Origin: an uncultured delta proteobacterium
Lineage (GTDB): Bacteria > Desulfobacterota > Desulfobacteria > Desulfobacterales > JAFDCJ01
Length of the DNA: 64,000 bases
Reading direction: 5' to 3'
Assembly (NCBI GenBank): GCA_963821065.1
Contig: CAWGCM010000011.1
Span: 112,992-176,991, forward strand
Part shown: in pieces, positions 9,963 to 20,725 of the stretch
Layout: each line of letters starts with the position of its first letter
Numbering within the stretch: position 1 is the first letter of the stretch
Made by a program: the position numbers and the translations under genes
The notes under the pieces: generated by a model
Seen by the model: only the letters and a program-made list of their open reading frames with translations
What the model was told of the DNA's origin: nothing
The model's database searches: none

Positions 9963-10208
9963 GAAATGTTTTTTCTTTGTATTGGCGCAACTGACCCTGG
10001 TGACAAGTGTCTATGCCTTCGCATATCGTGTCGGATACCGGGATGCACAATCTAAAGCGATGTCGGTGGTCAAAAGATTTGCTGATCCGGTCACAAGCTT
10101 GCTCGACCAACTCAATCAGTCCATAGAGGAGGCGAAAGAGGATGAGCAAGAACAAAAGGGAAATAACCTCAATTAAGTATTATTGAAAATGCTATTTTTC
10201 AGGGCGGA

Positions 10209-11984
10209 TTAATTAGGCAGGCAGGGGCGGTTGTCCAGTACTCTCCGGATGGTACTTGCCAGTACATCCTTGACAATAGGTTTCATGACAAACTTATCAA
10301 TTCCCATGGCCAAAGCTTTTTCCTCTGAAATGGTCTCACTGTATCCGGTGCACAGGATCACCGGTATCTGAGGCTTGATTTCCATCATCCGTCGTGCCAG
10401 TTGATCACCGGTCATTTTAGGCATGGTCATATCCGTAATGACCAGGTCAAATCGATCGGGTTGCGCCGCAAACTCCTCAAGGGCTTCCTCGCTATCCGTC
10501 ATAGGCGTTACCTGGTAACCGAGACGCTCTAAAATTTGCTGCTCGATATTAATTATTTGATCCTCATCATCAATCAACAGAATGTGTTCCTTACCTTTAA
10601 TTGCAATCGATGGCTCATCTGTGTTGATTTCCTCTTGGATTTCATCAATGATGGGCAGGATAACTTTGAAAGTCGCTCCTTTGCCGGGCCGGCTGGACAC
10701 GGTAATATCACCGCCGTAATTTTTAACGATGCCGTGGATGACGGATAAACCCAGTCCGGCGCCTTTACCCTGTTCCTTGGTGGTGAAATAGGGTTCAAAG
10801 ATACGTTCCATGATCTGCGGCTCCATGCCGTGGCCGCTATCTTTGACTGTCAGCGCTAAATGTTGGCCGACTTTGATACCTACCCTTTCAAGGGATTGTT
10901 CGTAACTGATATTTATTTCTTCCAGGCGAATCTCCAGTTTTCCGCCGGTTTCCTGCATGGCGTGATAGGCATTGGTGCACAGATTCATGATGATTTGATG
11001 GATTTGAGTGGGATCGCCCTTGATGGGTCCGCAAGATTCATCTATATCGCAGTCGATTTCGATGGATGACGGAATCGTTGCCCGCAGCAGCTTGACGGCC
11101 TCTTTAATGAGGTACTGCACTTTAAGGGCTTTGCGCTCCTGAGAGCTTTGACGGCTGAAGGTGAGAATTTGTTGGACCAGTTCCTTGGCCCGGTTGGCCG
11201 CCTTGAGAACTTCTTCCAGGTTTTGTCGGGCCTGACTGTCTTCCGGGATATCATCAATGGTCAGCTCCGTATACCCGACTATCGGAAAGAGAATGTTGTT
11301 AAAATCGTGAGCAATCCCACCGGCCAGGGTACCAATGGCCTGTAATTTCATGACTTGCTGGAGCTGTTTTTCAGAATTGGCCAGGGCCCTGGTTCTTTCA
11401 TTAACCATTTTTTCGAGCTTACTGTTCTGGTTGCGCAGCAGTTGATAAAACTCCAAACTTTCCAGAGCGTTGGCGGTATTTAGCAGAATGATCGACAACA
11501 CCATCATGGATTTGTCGGGAAGTATATTCTTTTTATCCGGCAGCACACCGACAAACATTCCCCGGATTCGCGACTGGGTGGCAATGACATGCAGCATCAG
11601 CTGTTTTGAATGATCGTCAGATGAGATCGTCACGCCCCTTCTCTCACGAATCGCCCAGGCAAAAAAGCCTTTGTCGATCAGGTAGCTGACCTGATCTTCA
11701 ACAAACTGCTTTTTATCAGAGGGTTTACAGGTCGATAAGGCAAAGTCTGATTGGTCCTGATCGACAAGATAAAAGGCATTGGCTTCAAAGGGGATCAAAT
11801 ATTGTATTCTTTTTTCGGACTCTTGCAGGATGTTTTCCGGCCCGTAGCCTTTATTGATATTTTCCTGAAAATCACCCAGCGAGAGGGCCATCTCAAGCGC
11901 ATTTTGTATGAGACTTCGGTTTTCCTCCAGGTACTCAATACGAGCCAGAAGGGTTTCAGGATCCATATTTAAGTTATTATTCAT
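10209..11984 (-). CDS. Hybrid sensor histidine kinase/response regulator (GAF-like sensor, HisKA, HATPase_c, REC)
   Basis: 591 aa with an H-box (GGIAHDFNNIL), a G-box (DSGHGM..GAGLGL) and a C-terminal receiver (ILLIDDED..ITDMTMPKMTG..MKP). Confidence 0.9.
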   Translation of the reverse strand: MNNNLNMDPETLLARIEYLEENRSLIQNALEMALSLGDFQENINKGYGPENILQESEKRIQYLIPFEANAFYLVDQDQSDFALSTCKPSDKKQFVEDQVSYLIDKGFFAWAIRERRGVTISSDDHSKQLMLHVIATQSRIRGMFVGVLPDKKNILPDKSMMVLSIILLNTANALESLEFYQLLRNQNSKLEKMVNERTRALANSEKQLQQVMKLQAIGTLAGGIAHDFNNILFPIVGYTELTIDDIPEDSQARQNLEEVLKAANRAKELVQQILTFSRQSSQERKALKVQYLIKEAVKLLRATIPSSIEIDCDIDESCGPIKGDPTQIHQIIMNLCTNAYHAMQETGGKLEIRLEEINISYEQSLERVGIKVGQHLALTVKDSGHGMEPQIMERIFEPYFTTKEQGKGAGLGLSVIHGIVKNYGGDITVSSRPGKGATFKVILPIIDEIQEEINTDEPSIAIKGKEHILLIDDEDQIINIEQQILERLGYQVTPMTDSEEALEEFAAQPDRFDLVITDMTMPKMTGDQLARRMMEIKPQIPVILCTGYSETISEEKALAMGIDKFVMKPIVKDVLASTIRRVLDNRPCLPN

Positions 11985-11991
11985 TATGCCT

Positions 11992-13215
11992 TTAAAGCTG
12001 CAGTATTGATTCCATTGAGTCTAACTGGTGCGTTGCCTGCCCGATGATCGCATCTAAACTGCTGAGTGGTAAATCGAGATTTTCCCAGGCGGCAGTGTCA
12101 AGGGGTGGTACAAACTTCTCTCCGCTGCCCCCGATGCCGATACTGTTAACGATAATATCGGCCAGATGGACGATAGCGGCCGGAATGGGCTGCTGTGCCT
12201 TTGACGGGCTATGATGGTACAACACACTGCTTTCCAGAATCAGGGGCAGCTGCCACTGTTCCATAAGATGCTGACCCAGCTGGGCATGGTCGCATCCCAA
12301 ATAGTCTTGTTCTACTTCGTACAGTAATTTTTCGTTGTTCCTTGAGCGACTCAATATATTGCGCGATTCTTTGGTAAAATATAAGTACAGTATCAAGCGG
12401 CCCAGGTCATGCAGCAGCCCAGATACAAATAACTGCTCCGTCTGGGCGAAATTTTTTTGGGCGGCCAGTATTCTGGATAAAATTCCGCATGCCAGGCTGT
12501 GCTTCAGAAATGAGTACATATCAATCATTTCTTTGGGAATATTTTTAAAAATTGAGAGGATACTGATGCCCAGGGCAAGCCCGGAAATCTCCCGGGTACC
12601 GATCAGGGCCACGGCGTGGGACACCTTGCCGATTTTTGAAGGAAACCCGTAAAAGGACGAGTTCACAATTTTTAACAACAAGGCCGTTAAACTCGGGCTT
12701 TTGTTAACAACCTGGGCTATGTGGTCGGCGGATGATATGGGGTTTGCAATCACGTCATTTAATTCGAAAACAACAGATGGGATTTCAGGCAGGACAATCT
12801 TTCTTTTATCAAGTCTTTGCATGAAATTTTTGTTTTGATCCCCGGGGTCTATCTCATACTCATCCATATCAACCATGCTGTCCACTTCAATCCGATTATG
12901 TTCGCACCTGAACTGCATCGCCAAGTTAAATATTTTTTTTACAGCCGGATGTTCCAAATCGGTATGTCGAAAGAGGGCTTTCAGGGTATCGTACACCTGT
13001 TCGAATATCTCCGGATTAATTTCCGGATCAAATTTATCACTGTCCTGGGCTCGCCCCTCAACGATAACCTCAGAAACTCCCCAGATCTTAAAGATCCGAA
13101 TGTGATTGTCGCCGATTTCATTGCCCTTTGCCAGCAGAAGGCGGCCGTTGATATCGCGTACTTCTTCGGCTAAAATTATTCCGGGTTTTAATTTGTCTGT
13201 CGGTACTGCGAACAT
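11992..13215 (-). CDS. HDOD domain-containing signalling protein
   Basis: 407 aa containing LPEIPSVVFELNDVIANP..SPSLTALLLKIVNSSFYGFP..SHAVALIG and HDLGRL motifs. Sits 7 nt upstream of the kinase gene. Confidence 0.85.
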   Translation of the reverse strand: MFAVPTDKLKPGIILAEEVRDINGRLLLAKGNEIGDNHIRIFKIWGVSEVIVEGRAQDSDKFDPEINPEIFEQVYDTLKALFRHTDLEHPAVKKIFNLAMQFRCEHNRIEVDSMVDMDEYEIDPGDQNKNFMQRLDKRKIVLPEIPSVVFELNDVIANPISSADHIAQVVNKSPSLTALLLKIVNSSFYGFPSKIGKVSHAVALIGTREISGLALGISILSIFKNIPKEMIDMYSFLKHSLACGILSRILAAQKNFAQTEQLFVSGLLHDLGRLILYLYFTKESRNILSRSRNNEKLLYEVEQDYLGCDHAQLGQHLMEQWQLPLILESSVLYHHSPSKAQQPIPAAIVHLADIIVNSIGIGGSGEKFVPPLDTAAWENLDLPLSSLDAIIGQATHQLDSMESILQL

Positions 13216-13501
13216 AATGATATTATCGTCTCAGATGATAAAAAACTTAAGCGAAAATGAAATCTTACGGTGAATTATGGTCACGGATTGGGGGAGGCGT
13301 GAATCTGCAAATTTTCGGTCGACCCGAATCTGGCGAAATGGGGTTTTATACCGCTTTTTAAAAAATAAGTTCCGAAATACGCTAAGGCTGGTATGAGTAG
13401 TTGTAGAAAAAGACGTTCGAATAACGGAACGTTTTTCTGGCAACCACGATAAAGAAGGGTTACGGCGCGCACCAATGGCGCCGGTTTCGGTACACAGTGA
13501 T

Positions 13502-14344
13502 CTATATAGGGTTTGTTTTCACCTGTTCAACAATATTTTTTACCGCCGCCAGGTATTCCTGAAGACCACGCATGAAAATATCATTGTGGTTGGCCCCGGG
13601 GATTTTCAAAAATGATTTATCCGGGGACGAACTGGCATTATACAGGGCCTCGCCCTCCGAAAATGGAATGATGTGATCAAATTCGGCGTGAATTATCAGG
13701 GTAGGTTTAACAAAATTTTTGATTTTATCGATATTGCGAAAGCCTTTTTCTTCTTTAAATCCAAGGGCTTCCAGATCTATTCCCAGCAACTGCAACAGCG
13801 GGGCGGCGTAGGCAAATCCACTCTCGACGATAAGTCCGTCAGTTGAATCTCCCCAGGCAGCGGCCAGTTCAAGGACGGATGCGCTGCCAAGGGATCGGCC
13901 CATCAGGAGAATGGGGCCTGCATAATTGTTTTGCCGCAGCCAATTTTGCACAAATTCAAAGATGACATGACAGTCCTGCATCATGGCGCTGACGGTCGGC
14001 TTGCCGGTGGAACGACCGTATCCGCGATAATCCACGGCTATAAAATTGATACCCATCTGATTGTAAATGGGGCCAAGCTCATCGTAGTCGGCCACAATCT
14101 CCCCGTTGCCGTGAAAAAAAAGAAGGTTGGCGCCGGATTTTTCCGCCATGTGAAAGCGGGCGCCGATGACCACGTCCTCTTCGACCGGAATCAGGGTATC
14201 TTTTTCGTGCGTTATCAAATCAGACGAATCGGCGGCCTGAAAGGATGATGGGTAAGGGTCCGGCCGGGGGTGAAACAGAAAGTGGAGAACTTCCGGCCGA
14301 TCCAGGACTGAATAATCTATCTTTGAGATATCAACCATGTTCAT
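13502..14344 (-). CDS. Alpha/beta hydrolase
   Basis: 280 aa with nucleophile elbow GRSLGS, HGNG, and a C-terminal Asp/His region. Confidence 0.8.
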   Translation of the reverse strand: MNMVDISKIDYSVLDRPEVLHFLFHPRPDPYPSSFQAADSSDLITHEKDTLIPVEEDVVIGARFHMAEKSGANLLFFHGNGEIVADYDELGPIYNQMGINFIAVDYRGYGRSTGKPTVSAMMQDCHVIFEFVQNWLRQNNYAGPILLMGRSLGSASVLELAAAWGDSTDGLIVESGFAYAAPLLQLLGIDLEALGFKEEKGFRNIDKIKNFVKPTLIIHAEFDHIIPFSEGEALYNASSSPDKSFLKIPGANHNDIFMRGLQEYLAAVKNIVEQVKTNPI

Positions 14345-14350
14345 TTCTAT

Positions 14351-16443
14351 CTATTCTTTGGGTTTGCTGAACAGGTTTTTTATTTTGCTGCCCAGGCCTT
14401 CTTTTTCCTTTGTATCGGAGCCTTTTGGTGCGCTTTCCCCCCCGGATTTCTTCTGGCCGCCAGGAGGTTGTTCTTTGGCTTTTTGAAGCGCAACAACGCA
14501 GGCATTTTGATCACCACTTGAAGTCGAAACTATTAGGGAGGCGAGGCCGCCCGGTCCCAGCAGTGCCTGGCCGAGGATAGAAACTGTGCGCTCGGGGCTG
14601 ATGCCAAGGGATGGATTGGCAAGAGTACCGCCCAACTCGAACGGTTTGGTGATTGCACTCAAGCTTAAGCCAATTTTACCGGTTTCTTTGGTTCCAATCC
14701 CTCCTTTGGGTTTGGTCTGAATACCAAAATCCAGTTCTTCGGTTTTGAGATTAAGGGTACCCTGGCTGAGCAAAGTCTTGTTGGGGTCGTCGATGATGAT
14801 GGCATCACCGTTGACCATACCGTCTTTTATATTTAAGTCACACACCGCACAATTAATTTGCGCTTGATTAATTTTTTCTTCAAAGGGATTCACTATCTTC
14901 AGTAGACTGCTGCTCAGATCCGCGCCCACCAGATCTAAATATTTGACAGGCATTTTACCCTTGCCCATGCTGGCAAAGAAATAGCCATTTAAACCGGCCA
15001 TGACGGCCGCCACCGAATTTCCCTGTCCCGCGAGGTCGATGTCGAGGTCCAGGGTGCCTTCGATGTCCCCGGAAATGCCCATTTTCTTGAGCATTTCACC
15101 CAGGTTTATTTTCTGAGCGGTTATCTTCGTCTTCAACCTGGCATTGTTAGCCTGGGTGACCAGATCCAGGGTACCGGAAAATTTGCCGCCGCCGACATCG
15201 GCTGTAAAGGGTTTCATTGTCAAATGGCCGTTTTGCAGATTGATTTCTGAATGATAATTGTCAAGAGCGGAGATCAAACCAATGATCTGATCGACGCGCA
15301 GGCTTATCTTGGCGTCAATTTTTTGCAGGGCACTTAGATCAAGGGGTTGAGAGGGAAATACCTTATCCTTTCTGGTGCCGGTTCCAGTGGGTTGTTTTTG
15401 TTTGCCAGCGGGATCCTTTTTTTCAGCCAGCACTGGCCGCAAATCCAGTTTTTTAGACGTCAATTTAGCTTCAATCAGGGGCCGTTTGGCGGCGCGCGTG
15501 ACGTTAACACTACCCTGTATCTGGCTTTCACCCAGAACAATAATAGATCAGATACCTGTACCATCTTTTCTGAAGGCGACACAACGTGCCCTGATAACCG
15601 AAAGGGTCCTTTCACCGGCAGCGGCTCACCGGTGAATTTTTCAAACTCCGCCAGGTCTTGACCATCAACATTCAGCTTCAGATCGATGCCCCGGGCGGTC
15701 ATCAGGTCTTGAATACTGCCCTCAACTGAAACTTTGGTTTTGACGGCCTGAGCCTCGAGTTTCAGTGGCCATTTTTCGTTGGGTCTCAGCGCTTTTGAAA
15801 TAAGACCAATATTGCCTTTTACCTCAAAAGGCGTCTTGTTATAACTTCCCTTGATATTTATATCCGCCCCGTCTCCGGATAGCGGTGCTTTGAGATCCAG
15901 GTTCGCTAATTCCACCGTCTCGGTCTGGCCGGTCCGGTGATCTTTGTAGATAAGTTTTGCGTCTTTTATTTCAACTTTTTCCAGTTCCAATTGCATCTGA
16001 CTATCGCTGCCGGTCTTTTCTTCGGTTTTGGGGGATTCTGCCTTTTTGGCAACATCAAAATCCAGATTTGATTGGCCTGATTTATTGATCTCCAGCAAAA
16101 ATACAGGTTCTACCAAAATGAGGTTGTTGACAGTGATGTTGCCCCTGATCAGAGGTAGAATCGATACCTTCACCTGTAATTTTTTGAGCCGTGCCATCTG
16201 GGGTTGAGAGCCCCAGGTTGCATTCTGGAAGGCGACATCATTAACTTCCAGAGTTGGCGGGAACCCGATTTTCAAGTCAACATCGCCTCCCATGGTTAAC
16301 TCACGACCGGTGTATTCCCGGGTCGTATCGGTGAGCAAAGGTTTCAGCTTGTTGTAGTCATATGAGGCCGCAATGATGTAAGCCACGACCAGCACACCAA
16401 CAAATGCTGCCGCAATAATTCCAAGGATCCATTTCCAGCGCAT
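14351..16443 (-). pseudogene. AsmA-family outer-membrane assembly protein, split by one frame lesion
   Basis: The N-terminal ORF (15475-16443) has a TM helix and AsmA region. The C-terminal ORF (14351-15463) continues it. The downstream frame reads ..IVLGESQIQGSVNVTRAAKRPLIEAKLTSKKLD straight through the apparent stop. The lesion is near 15543-15552. Length 2093+1 is divisible by 3. Confidence 0.75.
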
Positions 16444-16565
16444 TTTGAAATCTCCTTTATAATACCCTCCGTTGCCCCTCTAACATAAGATGGGCGAAGG
16501 GCGCTTGCAAGCCCCTGATAGAATTTCAGACGAATTGGAAGTTATCCATATCAATGATCAGTCTC

Positions 16566-17336
16566 TTATCGGTCGACAGTGATGTATATGCTTGCCCAGG
16601 TGGCGATAAGGGAACCAACATATTGTGAATCCCTTGGATTCATCAGCAAATGATCGGCTTTGTCCAGGGAGATGAAACTTTTGGGGTGCCGGGCGGCCTT
16701 AAAAATCCGGGCGGCATTGTCAATACCGACGACAGTGTCGGTCGGTGCATGAAAGACCAGTAGTGCCCGCTTCAGGCTTTCGATGGTTTGCTGCATACTG
16801 ACCGATTCCAGATCATCAAGAAACTGTTTTTTGATCTTAAACGTTCGGCCGGCAAGATCGACACTGGCTTCTCCCCGGCTTTCAATGATTTCTTTGGAAT
16901 CGCCCAGGGCCAGCGACACATGACTGGGATCGGCCGGCGCCGCTATGGTTATGACGGCCAGGGAAGAGGGAATCCTGGCTGCGGCCTGCAAGACGGCTGC
17001 CCCGCCCAGTGAATGACCAATAAGTATTTTGGGTCCCTCATAGTTTTCGACCATAAATTGCGCCGCTGTTACCAGGTCATCGACGTTGGAGGAAAAATTC
17101 GTATCGCCAAAATCGCCTTCACTTTCCCCGAGTCCGGTAAAATCAAACCGGAAAACCGCGATTCCGTCAGCAGTCAACGCTTGGCTGATATGGGCGGCGG
17201 CCTTTATATTTTTAGAACAGGTAAAGCAATGCGCAAAGAGGGCATAGGCAACGGGTGGGGAATTATCGGGCAGATCGATCCTGGCGGCAAGCCGTTGGCC
17301 GGCATCATTGGTGAATTCGAGTTTTTTGAAATGCAT
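16566..17336 (-). CDS. Alpha/beta hydrolase (dienelactone-hydrolase-like)
   Basis: 256 aa with a GHSLGG nucleophile elbow. Confidence 0.8.
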   Translation of the reverse strand: MHFKKLEFTNDAGQRLAARIDLPDNSPPVAYALFAHCFTCSKNIKAAAHISQALTADGIAVFRFDFTGLGESEGDFGDTNFSSNVDDLVTAAQFMVENYEGPKILIGHSLGGAAVLQAAARIPSSLAVITIAAPADPSHVSLALGDSKEIIESRGEASVDLAGRTFKIKKQFLDDLESVSMQQTIESLKRALLVFHAPTDTVVGIDNAARIFKAARHPKSFISLDKADHLLMNPRDSQYVGSLIATWASIYITVDR

Positions 17337-17535
17337 GAGGTCTACCCAATCTTCGTATTTACTGTCAATAATCGACTGGCCTGATCTTGCTGGATCCTCA
17401 GAAACGTGTTACAGGATGCAGAGTTACGCGTTGCGCGGTGAATAACAGGCCATCCGAAATTGCAGGACCAAGACCTTTTTATACATGATTGCTTCTAAAG
17501 GCTACAATTTTTCAGGTGTTCCGCTTTGGTGCTAT

Positions 17536-18364
17536 TTAGTCACTGCAGTCGCACCAGGGCGGGCCAAATCCGAATTCGAAGACTCTGTCATCTCTGTCTT
17601 CTGCCTCTGTCTTCTGATTTCCATCATTGTATTCCACTATCGCCGGCGGTTTTAAACCCGGGTTCGTCAGCAGGTTTAAAGCAGCCGTTATCACGGCCCG
17701 CTGCTTTTCAGGATCATTGGGAGAACCCAGTGGATAGCCATGCCGGTAAGGAACCACCAGGGCCCGGGGCGGACGAACCTTCTCAGTTACCAGCCGCAAC
17801 AGCTGGACGACTACCGTTGATATCCCCTGCTGTTCGAGCTCTGCTGCTACCAGACTCACGGTCTGGTTGCATATGGGTCAGACGGGGATTAGCAGTGCAA
17901 TATCAACTTGGTCTTTAACCATTTTGGGCACTACCTGCGGTATGGTGTTTTGTATCAGTTGAGCCGGGAGCTGTAACCGAACCCATGATGGACAAATATC
18001 TGTGGTTGAGTGATCCGACGAATCCGGCCTCGGCCATTTCCCGTAAACGGTCAATCGGAAAAGCCAGGTTTGGATCCTGGCGGATGCCGGTGTGATCAAA
18101 AGCACTGCTGCGATGGGTTTCGCGGAGGGTTGCAACGTCAACATCGCAAGGAATTTCACGTATGCCGCTGATCGCTCAATGCGTATAAAATTGTCAAAAG
18201 GATCCTGATCAGACAGTCACAAAGGCCGCGCTCGACATCAGTCCCAGACGACAGTCTTTCAGGGGTTTTTCCAAGGGTGTCCATGGCACCGGATCAATGC
18301 GTCGCCACCGGTAGGCTTTTAAGTACAAACGATATTTAAGAGGAAATTCCTTAAGATCACCCAA
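17536..18364 (-). pseudogene. Glycine/sarcosine/betaine/D-proline reductase selenoprotein-B-like (GRDB family) gene with in-frame UGA and three frame changes
   Basis: Reads ..[58 protein letters not shown] in one frame across 17878-17880. The upstream parts (YRWRRIDPVPWTPLEKPLKDCRLGLMSSAAFVTV; REIPCDVDVATLRETHRSSAFDHTGIRQDPNLAFPIDRLREMAEAGFVGSLNHRYLSIMGSVTAP) lie in other frames. Length 829-1 is divisible by 3. Confidence 0.6.
17849..17867 (-). promoter_or_regulatory. SECIS-like hairpin downstream of the GRDB-like UGA
   Basis: On the minus strand: ACCAGAC-CGUGA-GUCUGGU, a 7-bp perfect stem. The loop starts 18 nt after the UGA. Confidence 0.45.
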
Positions 18365-18532
18365 AGCTGATTTCCTCTGATTTTATCGTTTAAATTGTTT
18401 GGATTTTTAAGTTTAGCAAGATTAATGAGTACGTTGAGTATCAAACCCATATCCTTTTGAATTTTAATCAACTAATCATCTACCACCAACATGTCCAATC
18501 CCTTATGCTATTCCCATCCCTCTGACTACTTC

Positions 18533-20133
18533 CTACTTTCTTTCGAAGTATTCCTTCTTTGCCAACTCCGCCATTTTGAACTTTTGCACCTTGCCGCTGC
18601 CGGTCATGGGAAATTCGGATACAATTTATAATATTTCGGATGCTTTTCCACCGGCAGTTGCTTACGCACATGTGCTGCAACCGAATCCAGGGAAAGGTTG
18701 CTGTCTTCTTTCTCTTTTATCCAGGCGGCAACCTCCTGTCCCTGCTGCGGATCGGGAAATCCGAATACCTGGACTTCGGAGACCTCAGGCAGCATATAAA
18801 TAGTTTCCTCTATTTCAACAGGATATATTTCAATATCATTGCGGGTGATCACGTCTTTCAGGCGTCCCGTTATTCTGACATATCCGGCCGGGTCCATTAC
18901 ACCCAGATCACCCGTATGGAACCATTTTTCACGATCAACAGCTGCGGCAGTTGCCGCCGGCATTTTATAATATTCTTTCATCAGAAATCCGCGGGTGCAC
19001 AGTTCACCCTGCTGATCGGGTCCAAGGGGTTGACCGGATCCAGGGTCGACTATTTTAACTTCGTTGCAGGCCAGCGATGTGCCGATGGTTGATACGCGCA
19101 GTTCGATGGCGTCATCAGGATGGGTCATGGTGATCCAGGAGGAGGTTTCGGTGATGCCATAAGCCACGGTAATATCCGATACCCCGATGTCCTCCACGAT
19201 CCGTCGCATTAATTCCATGGGGCAGGGTGCCCCTCCGATGATGCCTTTAGACAGGGTGGCCCAGTCGTCTTTGACAAATTCGGGATTGTCAATCAGGGCA
19301 ATCAGCATGGATGGTGAGCCGTAAATCGCCGTGCATTTTTCATCAGGGATGGCCGCCAGTACTTTCGCTGGATCAAAGGATCGACAGGGCATGATCAGGG
19401 CCGCAGCCCTCAGCAGGCCTGCCAGCGCGATGCAGGTATTGCCGAACATATGAAAAAGCGGAAAAAACAGACAGAGCCTGTCGTCCGCCGAAATTCCCTG
19501 ACGGTCGGTGGATACCATGGATTTGTTGATCAGTCCCAGGTGATCGAGCACCACCCCTTTGGGTTGGCCGGTGGTGCCGGAGGTATACATGATTGCCACC
19601 GGGTCTTCGGGATTTACCGCATCCGCGATATTTGTCAGAGAATCCAGGGTTGTATTTTCTCCAGCATCAATTAAGTCATTCCACGAAATCAGGTCTGTGT
19701 CTGCTGATCCATTGATGACGATGATGTGTTCTAAAAGAGAGATGTTGCCTTTTGCGGATGATGCCGTGGCCAGCATGTCCCCGGTATCTGTAGTATCGGC
19801 CATAACAAGTCCACGGCTTTCGGATTGCCCCAGGATATAGTATAGGTTGTCTTTGGTTGCGGCAGGATCGATGGGCACGGTTATCGCCCCCATCTTTGCC
19901 AGCCCCAGGAATGCGATCATCCATTCGGGAACATTTGGGGACCAGAGCGCTATTTTGTCCCCCGGCCGGATGCCCCGGCTTAAAAACCCCCGTGCGGCCC
20001 GGTCGACTTCATAGGATAGGTCCTTGTAGCTGTAGCGTTGACCGGCTTCGGTGTAAACAAGGGCATCTCGATTCGAATTTTTTTGGGCGATATCCGAGAT
20101 TAGTTCCCCGATGGAATTTCTGATAATCGACAT
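18533..20133 (-). pseudogene. AMP-dependent acyl-CoA synthetase (medium/long-chain type) with a 3'-terminal frame lesion
   Basis: Contains YTSGTTGQPKG, a GYGITE-like motif and TGDLG. The annotated ORF stops at 18604, but the adjacent frame continues IVSEFPMTGSGKVQKFKMAELAKKEYFERK*. The lesion is in an A-run near 18620. Length 1601+1 is divisible by 3. Confidence 0.8.
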
Positions 20134-20405
20134 AATAGATCCTCCTCAACGGGAAATCCCTTTCCCTCGGGACATCCATCCATGATAATTTGTGGTCACC
20201 GGTTGCGAAGTTATCCTTTTTCAGTTTTACCGACAATTTATCTGCGGCGTTCAAACTATAGTGGAATTCAAAAGATCAGTCCAGTTCAAATTGACAGGAC
20301 AAAAATTATCACACCCCTATGGTTAATTTATATATTATAAATTCAGCATATTATACAATAAGTGACAATCCCCAGTTTATGAAGCAAATTCATTAATTCG
20401 ATAGC

Positions 20406-20434
20406 TTGACAATTATAGTCTGATTCTTTATATA
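20406..20434 (+). promoter_or_regulatory. Sigma70-like promoter upstream of the ABC/CoA-ligase operon
   Basis: TTGACA (20406-20411), 17-nt spacer, TATATA (20429-20434). Confidence 0.4.
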
Positions 20435-20725
20435 TGAATACTTCAGCGGTGGAAAAAAGGAGAGAGCATTGTAAGATGCCCCCTTTCGCCCAGTTTTACC
20501 AGCCGCCAGACCCATCGGCCAGGCCATTTAGCCGAAGGGCATGTTTAGGAAGATGCCTGTGCCACTGCGGTCGTGCCAGCCTGACCCGGCGAATTGCCTT
20601 CCGTGTAAGATAGCTTCGGTACAATCATCCCTGCAATGTTGCCGAGCCGACCACGGTGGATATGTTTTTCAGGCCTTTAGTTCATTGCAGTTTAAAAAAG
20701 AGACCCAAGCTGGAAGTGGATCCGA

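Noticed and set aside
9961-10176. A 71-aa plus-strand ORF with a signal-peptide-like N-terminus.
   Set aside because: It may be real, but its ATG overlaps the start of the divergent 9609-9962 ORF. There is no clear RBS and no family match, so support is too weak to list as a feature.
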